Below are positions 50,512-60,267 of a DNA stretch of 64,000 nucleotides, piece by piece. Numbering within the stretch: position 1 is the first letter of the stretch; every line of letters starts with the position of its first letter. This DNA is from Armatimonadota bacterium (lineage in GTDB: Bacteria; Armatimonadota; HRBIN16), in assembly GCA_963677485.1 (NCBI GenBank), contig OY781964.1, positions 256,001 through 320,000 of the forward strand. The letters are read 5' to 3'. The position numbers and the translations under genes are program-made. The notes below the pieces were generated by a model. That model made no database searches, had not been told where the DNA came from, and worked only from the letters and a program-made list of their open reading frames with translations.

Positions 50512-51365
50512 TGGATTTTCTGTTTGTACCGGTCGCAATCATCGTATTGGTTGTGATCATTCTTAGCAACACGTTGAAGGTCGTTCCTGAATGGGAGCGT
50601 TTAGTGGTTCTGCGGCTGGGCCGCATCATCGGTATCAAGGGACCAGGTCTTGTGTTCCTATTCCCATTCATCGACATCCCGCGGCGGGTCGATACCCGAA
50701 TCATCACCTTCGATGTACCACGCCAGGAAGCGATGACTAAAGACAACGTGCCGACGACCATCGACGCGGTGGTGCTTTTCAAGGTCATCGACCCTAATGC
50801 GGCGATCACACGCATCAACAACTATCAGATCACCACATCCTTGATCGCCCAGACAACCCTGCGAAGCATTATCGGCCAGGTGGACCTGGACCAACTGCTC
50901 TCCGGTCGTGACGATATCAATAAACGGCTGCAGACCGTGATCGACACTCAGACCGAACCATATGGCGTGAAAGTGGTTGGCGTTGAGGTTCGTGATGTGG
51001 TGCTTCCCGACAGCATGAAGCGTGCGATGGCGCGACAGGCCGAGAGCGAGCGAGAACGCCGCGCGAAAGTCATTAACGCCCAGGGTGAATATGAGGCCTC
51101 CGAGCGGCTAGCCCAGGCAGCCGAGATGCTCTCACGGCAGCCCGCTTCCATGCAGTTGCGCTTCCTGCAGACCGTCTCTGAGATGTCCTCCGAAAAAGCG
51201 ACCACCATCGTGATCCCGCTGCCGGTTGACATCATGAGCATGTTCTTGAAGGGTGCTGTGAACAACACCCCAGTTCCTCCCGTCATCCCGGTACCACCAG
51301 TAGAGCCTTTACCGGATCCTAACCATCTGCCGCCAATCGAACCATTGCCTGATGTCGTAGCCTAG
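50511..51365 (+). CDS. SPFH/stomatin (slipin) family protein
   Basis: ERLVVLRLG, TKDNV, AQTTLRS, AMARQAESERERRAK, LRFLQT. Confidence 0.93.
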   Translation: MDFLFVPVAIIVLVVIILSNTLKVVPEWERLVVLRLGRIIGIKGPGLVFLFPFIDIPRRVDTRIITFDVPRQEAMTKDNVPTTIDAVVLFKVIDPNAAITRINNYQITTSLIAQTTLRSIIGQVDLDQLLSGRDDINKRLQTVIDTQTEPYGVKVVGVEVRDVVLPDSMKRAMARQAESERERRAKVINAQGEYEASERLAQAAEMLSRQPASMQLRFLQTVSEMSSEKATTIVIPLPVDIMSMFLKGAVNNTPVPPVIPVPPVEPLPDPNHLPPIEPLPDVVA

Positions 51366-51451
51366 ATTACTTAGGCTCGATTCATTAATCGGCTGGCCTG
51401 AGAGCAATAACGGTTCTCAGGCCTATTGTTATATCATTGGAGGGCTTAGCT

Positions 51452-53338
51452 ATGAAGAGTAGTTCGAAAGTGATAGTGGCAGGATGTCTCGCATTATCCT
51501 GCGCGTTGGCGGTGACCATAAACTCCGCAAAAACAACGCAGAAACAAGGCTCGGTCACATCTGCTGTCAAAGCCGCAGGTAAAACTAAGTCAGTACCGTT
51601 CATGATGCCAGAGTGTTTTTATTGGGATACCAATTACGTGGAAGTGGACCTCAAAGGCGTGCGTACGCCGAAGTTTCCTACCGCTACTGCAGCCTCAATC
51701 AAGGTTCGCGATGAAATCAAGAAGACTAAGCGGCCGATATTTCTCATATGGAGCCGGAATAAGGCAGCCGATTTTCCGGCCTTAAGTGATCCTCGCGTGC
51801 AGCAACTGCTGGCTAAGGAATACTATGTCGTTCGAGTGGCTGGCATAGGCGGCCACTACTATGTGACCGACAATGAGATTCAGACTCGATTTTGGGATAC
51901 CCGAATGTATTGTGTAGGTAACAGTCGGTTCGGCTTCTATCGCGAGTGGAGCGCTTCAATGGATGGCGATACTCTGTTAGCCGAACTGACAGAGGCAAAC
52001 GACCACCTAAAGGGCAGAGGCTTCTACGCCGACACATCGAAGCTTCCATCACCAGATATCACACCGTTTATCGAAGACGCAGTCGCAATCGCTAAGAAGA
52101 AAAACCACGCGATCGTAATAAGTCTATATGCTTATCGATGCCCTCCCAGCAATACGTTCGACAGGAATGTCATCAATTCCGCGCGTGTGCTTACCTACAT
52201 GGCCAACACGGCTGTTCTGTGCAGACTAGACGCTGATAATGAAGGCAGTACTGTGATGGACAGAGCAGGACTATATGACTTCCCAGCCGTGCTGGTTTTG
52301 TCTCCACAAGGCCGCATCACATCAATGTATGATGGCAATGATAATGGAACCGAGTTCGTGAAATATCTAAAGAAGGCTGTACCCGCCGCGATCAAAGCGA
52401 CCAAAGGCATCGATGTGAGCGATATTCCCTGTAAGTGGATGCCAGGATGGGGACATGACTATGATAAAGCGGTCTTGAACGCCCGAAAGAACAACCGAAA
52501 GATACTGGTTTATATAGATGACCACGGCTGGTGGTCATACCGTGTCAAATACGGGGATCGAGGCCTAGCGACAGCCGACACGAAGAATAAGCTGCAGGGA
52601 TATGAGTTGCTACAGGTCGAACCTGCGAACAACCCTCTAGCGACGCCATACAAACTGGGCGTTTCGCCTTTCGCTTCTGTCATCGACCCAGACAAGAATA
52701 TCTGTCTCTATGACGGTTTTACAGAGTTCAGTCACATGCAGTATTTACCTGAAGCCAGTAAGCTGGACACCACACGTGAGGACGCTGAGGTGTTGCGGCG
52801 GATCCAGCTCAACCCAGTCACATTGGAGCCGATCGAACCACGCGACCCAAAAATCGACAAAGAGAATTCAGATGATCCAAACTGGCTTCCAGAGACGCGT
52901 CTCGAAATTCTTACTCGTCATTACGTGTACAGATTCAAGCCAGAACTGGCCTATAGGGCACTGCTAGAGTATGTGAAATGGTCCGACATTCGAAAGACCG
53001 AACGATATTTCGCTCCTGAGTTCGGGTCGCAAATATGCAGGCAGTTTACGAATCTCGGGCAACATGACCGTGCCATAGCAGCAGGAGAGCTTGCGGTCAA
53101 GCTGATTGCTCCGGGGCGAGACGCTGAATACCGGCTAGAACCATACTACTTCCTGGGGAAGGCATACGTCATGAGCGGGCAGCATCTCGATAAGGCACGC
53201 AAGCTGCTCGAGCTCACGAGCAAAATCACGGACGACCATGCGGGATACAACACTCGCAGACTGGCTGATTCTGCCGCAGCACTACTTGCCGAGATCGACA
53301 AGATTGAGGGTAAGAAAGCGGGCGCTCCTGCTAAGTAG
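51452..53338 (+). CDS. Secreted thioredoxin-like (CPPS) plus TPR-like protein, paralog 1
   Basis: Signal peptide, SLYAYRCPPS..FDRNV, FPAVLVLSPQG, helical C-terminus YYFLGKAY. Confidence 0.65.
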   Translation: MKSSSKVIVAGCLALSCALAVTINSAKTTQKQGSVTSAVKAAGKTKSVPFMMPECFYWDTNYVEVDLKGVRTPKFPTATAASIKVRDEIKKTKRPIFLIWSRNKAADFPALSDPRVQQLLAKEYYVVRVAGIGGHYYVTDNEIQTRFWDTRMYCVGNSRFGFYREWSASMDGDTLLAELTEANDHLKGRGFYADTSKLPSPDITPFIEDAVAIAKKKNHAIVISLYAYRCPPSNTFDRNVINSARVLTYMANTAVLCRLDADNEGSTVMDRAGLYDFPAVLVLSPQGRITSMYDGNDNGTEFVKYLKKAVPAAIKATKGIDVSDIPCKWMPGWGHDYDKAVLNARKNNRKILVYIDDHGWWSYRVKYGDRGLATADTKNKLQGYELLQVEPANNPLATPYKLGVSPFASVIDPDKNICLYDGFTEFSHMQYLPEASKLDTTREDAEVLRRIQLNPVTLEPIEPRDPKIDKENSDDPNWLPETRLEILTRHYVYRFKPELAYRALLEYVKWSDIRKTERYFAPEFGSQICRQFTNLGQHDRAIAAGELAVKLIAPGRDAEYRLEPYYFLGKAYVMSGQHLDKARKLLELTSKITDDHAGYNTRRLADSAAALLAEIDKIEGKKAGAPAK

Positions 53339-53497
53339 TTGAGTTCGTCGGCAAACAAGCCGCGACCTGTTCGAATGCGGTGTGGGCCGGATGCACCAGA
53401 TCCGGTCCCATCGCAGTGTTCACAGCAACATTTCGCCGTGTGTTTAGTAATCTATTCAACGCTTGCCAATCACGTTCCTATATCATTGGAGGGTCAT

Positions 53498-55342
53498 ATG
53501 CCATCTTGTGCGCTAAAAACAGCCATCGTGAGCTGTATACTGCTTACCAGTGTTTTCAGTGTGACGTCCGCAAATGCTCAAAATGCTAACACCAAAGCGT
53601 CGACATCATACCACATGCCCACGTGCTTCTATTGGGACAAAAATATGGCCACAGAAGTCAATGGGGTCTATACTCCACAATTACCGAAAATGACGGTCAT
53701 GTCGACAAAGGTGCGCAAGGAGATCGCGCAGACCACCCGCCCGATATTCCTGATCTGGAGCCGTCAGCAGTCAGCCGATTTTGCTGCCCTACGTGACCCC
53801 CGGGTCCAGCAGTTGCTTGCCAAAGAGTTCTATGTGGTGAGAACTGCAGGCATAGGCGGTCACTACTATGTCACTAACACGATGATACAGACTGAGTTTT
53901 GGGGCAATACGGCATATGCAGTTGGGAATAAGCAGTTTGAGCTCTGTAGGGAATGGAGCGGACGGCTTGATGCAGATACCCTGTTAGCTGAGTTGAAAGA
54001 TGCAGCCGACCTCGTACATTTGAGGGGATTTTACGCCAAGAAATACATCTTTAAGGATCTCAAAGTCACGCCGTTCTTTGAAAATGCCTTAGAGTTGGCG
54101 AAACAGAAGAACTGGCCTATCGTGCTGAGCTTATACGCATATCGATGTCCTCCGAGTAATACCTTTGACCGGAATGTCATCAATTCTGGACGGGTTTTGG
54201 AGTATATGACGAACAGAGCTATCCTGCTCCGGCTTGATGCTGATCACGAGGGCTCCGCATTCATGGATCGGGCCCGACTGGAGGATTTTCCTGCCATCAT
54301 AGTGCTGTCGCCGAAAGGTGTGGTCTCATCAATGTATGAAGGTGATAATACCAGCACAGAGTTCCTGAGCTACCTCAAGAAGGCAGTCCCTGCAGCCGTT
54401 AAGACACGATCGGGTATAAATATGAGCGGCATTCCTTGCCGTTGGATACCGGGCTGGGAACATGACTTCCAAACGGCTTTGGCGAAGGCCAAGAAGACAG
54501 GACGCAAGATGTTTTTGTTTGTGGATGACCATGGATTTGCGGCCTACCGGGCGAAATTCGGCGAGTCAGGTTTTGATTCACCAGGGATGAAAAAGATATT
54601 GGACGGTTATGTACGGGTTCAGATCGAATCATCTAAAGATAATCCCCTGCTGAAGTACTACAAACTGACATCTGCTCCCATGGATGCGATACTCGATACC
54701 AGCATGAAGATATACTATTACAAAGATTATCTGCGCACAGGATATTACAGCAACTTCAGGCCTGCCAACCGGATCGACACCACAAAAGAGGATGCAGAGT
54801 ATCTGCGCCGTCTGCAGCTTAATCCCGTTACGTTAGCACCAATTGTGCCCCGCGATCCAAAGATTGACAAACTGAATGCCGATACCCATTGGGATCGGAG
54901 AATTGCTTATGAACAGTATACTGCCCACTGCATGATGCAGTTCAAAACGGAGCAGGCATACCGGTCGCTGTTGGAACACATCAAATATATGGAGACACTC
55001 AAGCAAAAGACGGATTTGGTATACGAAGTGGCCGCTCAGTTGTGTAGACAGTTTACTAACAAAGGCAAATATGATCGTGCCTTCGCAGCGGGCGAGCTCG
55101 CATTGAAATACATCGATAGGTTCACCGATCCTGGAGATACCATTATGGTGTATTACTATCTCGGCAAAGCTTATGTACTTGGGAATCAACATCCTGACCG
55201 GGCACGTGATCTGCTGGTTCGAGTCAAAAAAATGTCATCACAGCGTTTTAGTGAGGACTTCTCACCCGTAGTGATGTCGGCTGATATGTTGCTAGCTAAG
55301 CTGAACAAGAGCAAGGGTAAGAGACCAGTAGCACCAAAATAA
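53498..55342 (+). CDS. Secreted thioredoxin-like (CPPS) plus TPR-like protein, paralog 2
   Basis: Collinear with 51452-53338 (identical blocks such as GIGGHYYVT and YAYRCPPSNTFDRNVINS); own RBS and ATG at 53498. Confidence 0.65.
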   Translation: MPSCALKTAIVSCILLTSVFSVTSANAQNANTKASTSYHMPTCFYWDKNMATEVNGVYTPQLPKMTVMSTKVRKEIAQTTRPIFLIWSRQQSADFAALRDPRVQQLLAKEFYVVRTAGIGGHYYVTNTMIQTEFWGNTAYAVGNKQFELCREWSGRLDADTLLAELKDAADLVHLRGFYAKKYIFKDLKVTPFFENALELAKQKNWPIVLSLYAYRCPPSNTFDRNVINSGRVLEYMTNRAILLRLDADHEGSAFMDRARLEDFPAIIVLSPKGVVSSMYEGDNTSTEFLSYLKKAVPAAVKTRSGINMSGIPCRWIPGWEHDFQTALAKAKKTGRKMFLFVDDHGFAAYRAKFGESGFDSPGMKKILDGYVRVQIESSKDNPLLKYYKLTSAPMDAILDTSMKIYYYKDYLRTGYYSNFRPANRIDTTKEDAEYLRRLQLNPVTLAPIVPRDPKIDKLNADTHWDRRIAYEQYTAHCMMQFKTEQAYRSLLEHIKYMETLKQKTDLVYEVAAQLCRQFTNKGKYDRAFAAGELALKYIDRFTDPGDTIMVYYYLGKAYVLGNQHPDRARDLLVRVKKMSSQRFSEDFSPVVMSADMLLAKLNKSKGKRPVAPK

Positions 55343-55368
55343 AGTGCCCTACCGACCGCGCCGATTGC

Positions 55369-55401
55369 CTGACCACTCATCACCGACTGATGAGTGGTCA
55401 G
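55369..55401 (+). terminator. Stem-loop after the paralog pair
   Basis: ctgaccactcatca-ccgac-tgatgagtggtcag followed by ttt. Confidence 0.65.
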
Positions 55402-55444
55402 TTTCGCTAGACCATAAACAGCATGATGAGAACGAAGATAGAAT

Positions 55445-56455
55445 GTGGTGGTTTGGGAGCATGTCAAGCGTTCTCGTTCGTATAATATAGAGTATCCTAT
55501 ATATGTACCCGATGATATTCACGTGGATGGGGTTTCCGGTTTGCACTTTTATCAAAGCATTATTCACTCATTATCTGCAATGAATTTAAGAGCCTCAGTT
55601 GTCATGGTCATTGACATTCTGCTGGTTAGTTATCTGTTGTACCGCCTCATCCTGCTGGCAAAAGGCACACGCGCATGGCAGCTTTTCTATGGGTTGTTTC
55701 TGTTCTTGTTCATGGTATACATCAGCGGTAAGCTGGAGCTGAATACGTTGAACTGGGTGCTGCAGCAAGTATTGCCTTTAGGACCTGTCGCTTTAGTCAT
55801 CCTCTTCTACCCAGAGCTGCGCCACTTCCTTGAGGTAATCGGCCGGCTGGGTCTATGGGGCCAGCAAGCCATCAGCCCTATCAACAAGGAACACCTGCAT
55901 CCGGTAGTCAATGAAATTGTCTCCGCCGCATGTACCATGGCGAAAGACCGCACCGGCGCGCTGATTATCTTTGAACCATACGCGGAACTTGACCACTACC
56001 TCAGTCCTGGAACGCCGCTTGATGCCAAGGTGACCGCAAAACTATTAACGGCCCTGTTCTACACCGGAAATCCGCTGCACGATGGAGCGGTGGTGGTTGT
56101 GAATGACCGAATAGTATGCGCAGGTGCGACCGTGCCATTTTCGGAAAACCAGCATATTGACGAAGCGGTTCATATGCGCCATAAGGCGGCGATCGGGGCC
56201 TCGGAACACGGTGCCGTGGCCTTGGTGGTGTCTGAGGAAAGCGGGATCATCTCGCTGGCGTTTGAAGGCAAGCTGCAGCGGGGTTTCCGAGATGATGCAC
56301 TGCGCAAACGGCTGATTGAGCTGTTGGGGCCTTCACAGAATGCCCGTCATCTTGACACACTGAGCAGCAGCGCGCTGCGACAGGGTCTGCTCGCCTTTTT
56401 CAAGTTGTTCAGCAGGCATCCTAAAACCACCGACAGCAAGAAGGAGGAACGCTAA
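55445..56455 (+). CDS. cdaA: Diadenylate cyclase CdaA/DacA (true start probably downstream, e.g. GTG 55523)
   Basis: Three TMs, KGTRA, FYPELR, GALI, PLHDGA, MRHKAA, VSEESG. Confidence 0.92.
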   Translation: MVVWEHVKRSRSYNIEYPIYVPDDIHVDGVSGLHFYQSIIHSLSAMNLRASVVMVIDILLVSYLLYRLILLAKGTRAWQLFYGLFLFLFMVYISGKLELNTLNWVLQQVLPLGPVALVILFYPELRHFLEVIGRLGLWGQQAISPINKEHLHPVVNEIVSAACTMAKDRTGALIIFEPYAELDHYLSPGTPLDAKVTAKLLTALFYTGNPLHDGAVVVVNDRIVCAGATVPFSENQHIDEAVHMRHKAAIGASEHGAVALVVSEESGIISLAFEGKLQRGFRDDALRKRLIELLGPSQNARHLDTLSSSALRQGLLAFFKLFSRHPKTTDSKKEER

Positions 56456-57399
56456 TGCTCTCTTCATTTAAAGATAATCTGACTGAGAAGATCATGGCGT
56501 TTGTTTGCGCGTTGCTGCTGTATTTCTACGTGGTGGCCGCCAAAAACCCAGTCATGACTCAAAACCCGGTGGTGCGCGTCAATATCTCCAAACTGCCTAA
56601 TGGCTACAGTTCAGAGATGATGCCGAATGAAGTATCGGTGCGCCTAAGCGGACCCAAGAACCTATTGAACCAGATCGACATACAGAATCTGCGTGCAACC
56701 GTCGCGGGACAAAGCCTGCGTGAAGATGAAGGCGGCGTACAGGTGCCTGTGCATCTGAATATCCCTGAGAATTTAGTGCAGCAACTGGACATCTCCATCC
56801 AGCCAGCCACGGTCAACGTGCGGATTCGGCGGATGGGCCAGCGCGAGATGCCGGTGGAATGCCTGTTTATCAATACGCCGGAAAGCGGATATGTCTATTC
56901 AAAGCCAGCTCTCAACCCTGGTAACCTGCTGGTTTCCGGCCCTTCAGACCTGTTGAAACGGGCGAAACGGATCGTGGTAAGTGCGGTGCCAAGCCGGCCG
57001 GGAGCTGCCATTGACGAACAGTTGCCGGCCATTGTGGTGGATGGAAAAAACAACCCCATCAGCGGTCTGACCGTGCAGCCCAATAAGGTCCGCGTAGTGA
57101 TCGCCCTATCGCCACGGCAACTCTCGGTCGCATCACGGGTCTATCCGCAGTTGATGGGCCAACTTGCCGAGGGGTATGAAGTCTCGCGCATCATCGCCAC
57201 GCCGGGCGAAGTTCTAGTGAGTAACGGTGGTGAAAGCAGCTCTGGTAATATCATCTACACAGAACCCATCAGCGTGGAGGGATTGAGTCAGTCCTTCACC
57301 ACTAAGGCGAAACTCAAAATCACCGCTGGTACCAGTGTGATAGGAGATGATATGGTCAAAGTTGAGGTGCAGATCAAGGGCAAGGCGGCATCCAACTAA
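56455..57399 (+). CDS. cdaR: CdaR/YbbR-like regulator
   Basis: N-terminal TM, repeated V.V.LSGP-type YbbR domains, directly after cdaA. Confidence 0.85.
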   Translation: MLSSFKDNLTEKIMAFVCALLLYFYVVAAKNPVMTQNPVVRVNISKLPNGYSSEMMPNEVSVRLSGPKNLLNQIDIQNLRATVAGQSLREDEGGVQVPVHLNIPENLVQQLDISIQPATVNVRIRRMGQREMPVECLFINTPESGYVYSKPALNPGNLLVSGPSDLLKRAKRIVVSAVPSRPGAAIDEQLPAIVVDGKNNPISGLTVQPNKVRVVIALSPRQLSVASRVYPQLMGQLAEGYEVSRIIATPGEVLVSNGGESSSGNIIYTEPISVEGLSQSFTTKAKLKITAGTSVIGDDMVKVEVQIKGKAASN

Positions 57400-58478
57400 T
57401 GCGAGTGCTGCATGTATGTCGTCCGGCTGTGGGCGGAATACAACGTTGGCTTACAGAAATGCTACCCCGCCTGGAACAGGCGGGGTTTTTCATAGGTTTG
57501 GCCTGCCCGCAAGCCTTACACCAATCCCTTCCTGACATCAAATGGCGCAGTTGGGAAGTGCTTGATCGGCCATCGAAACACGACCTCGTGCTATCTCTTC
57601 GCCTGCTGATGGAGGGGCGGCACTACGACTTGCTGCACGTCCATGGACTACGATGTTTTGGCGTGTGCTGCATGATGCCCTCTGAGAATATGATATTGAC
57701 CCTACACAACATGCCTCCCGCCCATCTCAGCAGAATCAAGCGCAAGCTCCTTCAACGTGGGTTGGTGAGGTGTCGGAAGGTGGTCTGTGTTTCGCAGGCC
57801 GTGAAGCAGGCTTGGCTTGAGATGTTTCCTGAGTGCGAACCCATCTGCTGTGTTCTACCCGGAGGGGTTCCTGCCGAGGGTAAGATGAATGAGGGCTTAC
57901 GAAGCGAGCTTGAAGCGCGGCTGGTGCCAAAGGACGGCTCACCGTTGCTGATCTGCGTGGCCCGGTTGATGCCCGATAAGGGTGTTGACATTCTTATTCA
58001 GGCGATTTCCCAAATACCTGAGCTGCGGCTTGTGGTGGTCGGTGATGGCCCCGACATGGCGAGTTTACGCGCGATGGCGGATGAGGTTGCCCCTGGGCGT
58101 GTGACGTTTGAAGGCAGCCAGCATCAGATCACTGAATATCTGGCGATTGCCGACCTCGCCTGCGTGCCCAGTAGGCGTGAAGGGCAAGGACTGTTCCCGC
58201 TTGAGGCGATGCGGGCCGAGTTGCCTGTGGTGGTCAGTGACTCGGGAGGGCTTCCCGAAAGCGTGACCGACGGCTTGACCGGCTGGGTGTTTCAAGCCGG
58301 TGATGTGGACGATCTGGTTCGTGTGTTATATCGTGCGTTACGACATCGAGACACGTGGTCCGCCATGGGCAAGGTTGGTAAAGCCGATGTGGCCAATCGG
58401 TTTGGCTGGGAGAAGCTCTGCAGCGAACTCGCAGAGATATACCGAAATTCGATCAGGAGAAGATCAATTGATAGTTGA
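57399..58478 (+). CDS. GT4 family glycosyltransferase
   Basis: VARLMPDKGVD, VGDGPD, PSRREGQGLFPLEAM, GGLPE. Confidence 0.9.
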   Translation: MRVLHVCRPAVGGIQRWLTEMLPRLEQAGFFIGLACPQALHQSLPDIKWRSWEVLDRPSKHDLVLSLRLLMEGRHYDLLHVHGLRCFGVCCMMPSENMILTLHNMPPAHLSRIKRKLLQRGLVRCRKVVCVSQAVKQAWLEMFPECEPICCVLPGGVPAEGKMNEGLRSELEARLVPKDGSPLLICVARLMPDKGVDILIQAISQIPELRLVVVGDGPDMASLRAMADEVAPGRVTFEGSQHQITEYLAIADLACVPSRREGQGLFPLEAMRAELPVVVSDSGGLPESVTDGLTGWVFQAGDVDDLVRVLYRALRHRDTWSAMGKVGKADVANRFGWEKLCSELAEIYRNSIRRRSIDS

Positions 58479-58923
58479 CACGACGGACAACCTTGAGCAG
58501 TTAAGAAGCATCAGTCCGCTCACCTCGAAGGCTGTCGACTGGCTGCAGAACACCGATTTGAGTGCCCTTGCGGACGGCAGCTACGAGCTTTGCGGGCGCG
58601 ATTTATACGTGAGTGTTCAGGAACGTGACACCAAACCTGCAGATGAAGGGATTTGGGAGTCCCACCGGCTATATCTCGACATCCAGGTGGTGATTGAGGG
58701 CCGTGAGCTGATGGGCTATTGCCCCGTTGGCCGCCTGAGCTCCAACGTTCCTTACAGCGAGGAGAAGGACATCGAGTTCTACGCTGGAGCCACCGAGAAC
58801 TTGTGCCTGATTTACCAGGGGATGTTTGCAGTTTTCCTACCCCAGGACGCGCACATGCCCAACATCACCGCAGGTAAAGGCGCAGAGCGCGGCAAAAAGC
58901 TGGTCGTGAAGGTGCGGCTGTAG
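58468..58923 (+). CDS. YhcH/YjgK/YiaL (DUF386) family protein
   Basis: WESHRLYLDIQ, DIEFY, FLPQDAHMP, KKLVVKV; TTG start after AGGAG. Confidence 0.88.
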   Translation: MIVDTTDNLEQLRSISPLTSKAVDWLQNTDLSALADGSYELCGRDLYVSVQERDTKPADEGIWESHRLYLDIQVVIEGRELMGYCPVGRLSSNVPYSEEKDIEFYAGATENLCLIYQGMFAVFLPQDAHMPNITAGKGAERGKKLVVKVRL

Positions 58924-59055
58924 GGGCTGGGTCTCCCAGCCCTACCATTCATGATCGGTCCGATCCGACCGATCCGTCCGATGTCCGGATTGCCTGAACC
59001 GCGGATGACGCTCGCTTGAACGCAAAGGTTCTGACCGACGCGGTTCGTCGGAACA
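58920..59055. repeat. REP plus 9-mer triplet mosaic
   Basis: gtaggggctgggtctcccagccctac; atcggtccgatccgaccgatccgtccgat; ccgacgcggttcgtcgg. Confidence 0.7.
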
Positions 59056-59161
59056 ATTACGCCTGCTATGAAGACAGATTCCGACATTTCGGCTCAGTAG
59101 TGCCGCCACATTACCTCTACATGCCCATTCATTGGCATACACATCTGAAAATCAAACACCC

Positions 59162-59215
59162 TTGACACCTACTACGCAATGCGATATAGTGCATCTACTA
59201 TGCAATACATAGTAG
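59162..59215 (+). promoter_or_regulatory. Sigma-70 promoter with probable PadR autoregulatory operator(s)
   Basis: TTGACA (59162), 17-bp spacer, TATAGT (59185); palindrome ctactatg-caata-catagtag (59195-59215) and a degenerate copy starting at 59169. Confidence 0.75.
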
Positions 59216-59223
59216 GAGGTTGA

Positions 59224-59583
59224 TTGTTGAAAGCATGGATTACGCAGCTAAGGAAGGGCCTTTATGAACTTCTGTTGTTAAATGTCATAGCCAGAGGAGA
59301 AAGTTATGGTTATGAAATTGTGCAGCAGCTACGACGGGTTAGTGCATTCCAAGTGACTGAAAGCACAGTCTATCCAATTTTAGAACGACTGCACAAAGAC
59401 GGGTATGTCGGCGTCAGGCGAGAACCGTCTCCTACTGGCCCGATGCGACGTTACTATTCACTCACGACGGCAGGCAAATATCGCATTGCAGAAATGAATG
59501 ACTACTGGGACAGCCTAAACAAGTCAGTTGCCGAACTGAGAAATATGCCGAAAGGAGAATCACAAAATGAACAGTCCAGCTAA
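59224..59583 (+). CDS. PadR family transcriptional regulator
   Basis: QLRKG, SYGYEI, ESTVYPIL.RL, GPMRRYYSLT..G. Confidence 0.92.
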   Translation: MLKAWITQLRKGLYELLLLNVIARGESYGYEIVQQLRRVSAFQVTESTVYPILERLHKDGYVGVRREPSPTGPMRRYYSLTTAGKYRIAEMNDYWDSLNKSVAELRNMPKGESQNEQSS

Positions 59584-60112
59584 GGATATCGATGTATATC
59601 TTCGGAACGTAAAGAATCGCCTGGGGCATCTGCCGAAAGACGAGGGTTCGGCAATCCTCGACAATCTGGAGGTGCAGATACAGGAAGCTTTAAACACCCG
59701 TTGTAAAGGAGTGATACCTACACAAGAGGATGTGAAGGCAGTACTGGCGGAGATGGACTCGCCGGAAGCCTTTGATAATGTGTCCTCAGAGGTTCCAGGA
59801 TCAGGACCCAGACCAGTCGTCGGCAAGGTAGCCTTATACATATCGATCGTCGGAATTGTCCTGTCAATGATGATGGCGATGGCGATTGTATTTAGTGGTT
59901 TTAACGCGAATCAGGGATCTAACGCCGGATTCGTAGTTGCGCCAGTAGGGTTCATCGCCAACTTGGTCGTTCCATCACAGATACTTGCGCTCATCGTCGC
60001 CGCATTCTCAAAAGGTGACAGGCAAGGCAGAAAAGCGATCGTTATTTCGTTATCGTGTCTCGTTCTGTTGTGGGTAATGTTTCTAGCAACGATGGTCCTC
60101 TCGCATGCGTGA
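59567..60112 (+). CDS. HAAS/DUF1700-like membrane protein (PadR partner)
   Basis: YLRNVKNRL..LP...I...L...I...VLAEMDSPE followed by three TMs. Confidence 0.7.
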   Translation: MNSPAKDIDVYLRNVKNRLGHLPKDEGSAILDNLEVQIQEALNTRCKGVIPTQEDVKAVLAEMDSPEAFDNVSSEVPGSGPRPVVGKVALYISIVGIVLSMMMAMAIVFSGFNANQGSNAGFVVAPVGFIANLVVPSQILALIVAAFSKGDRQGRKAIVISLSCLVLLWVMFLATMVLSHA

Positions 60113-60267
60113 CCCCCACCGCGGATTCGAACAGGCGTTTCCGTGATTAAGGAGCGGGTATGACTGCATGGATTTCATAGATGCACCTGTCTGCTCCGAA
60201 TATCCCTTACAAACACCATATTATAGGGGTATGATACCCTACCCTACATAGCCAGGATAGGTATAAA

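Noticed and set aside
53336-53497. In-frame TAG between the two Trx-TPR paralogs suggesting amber readthrough or pyrrolysine
   Set aside because: The second gene has its own duplicated upstream motif, RBS, ATG (53498) and signal peptide, and both proteins end in APAK/VAPK. The shared frame is probably chance.
55345-55520. c-di-AMP or other riboswitch upstream of cdaA
   Set aside because: Only a simple hairpin is visible, with no recognisable aptamer consensus by eye; an Rfam scan would be needed.
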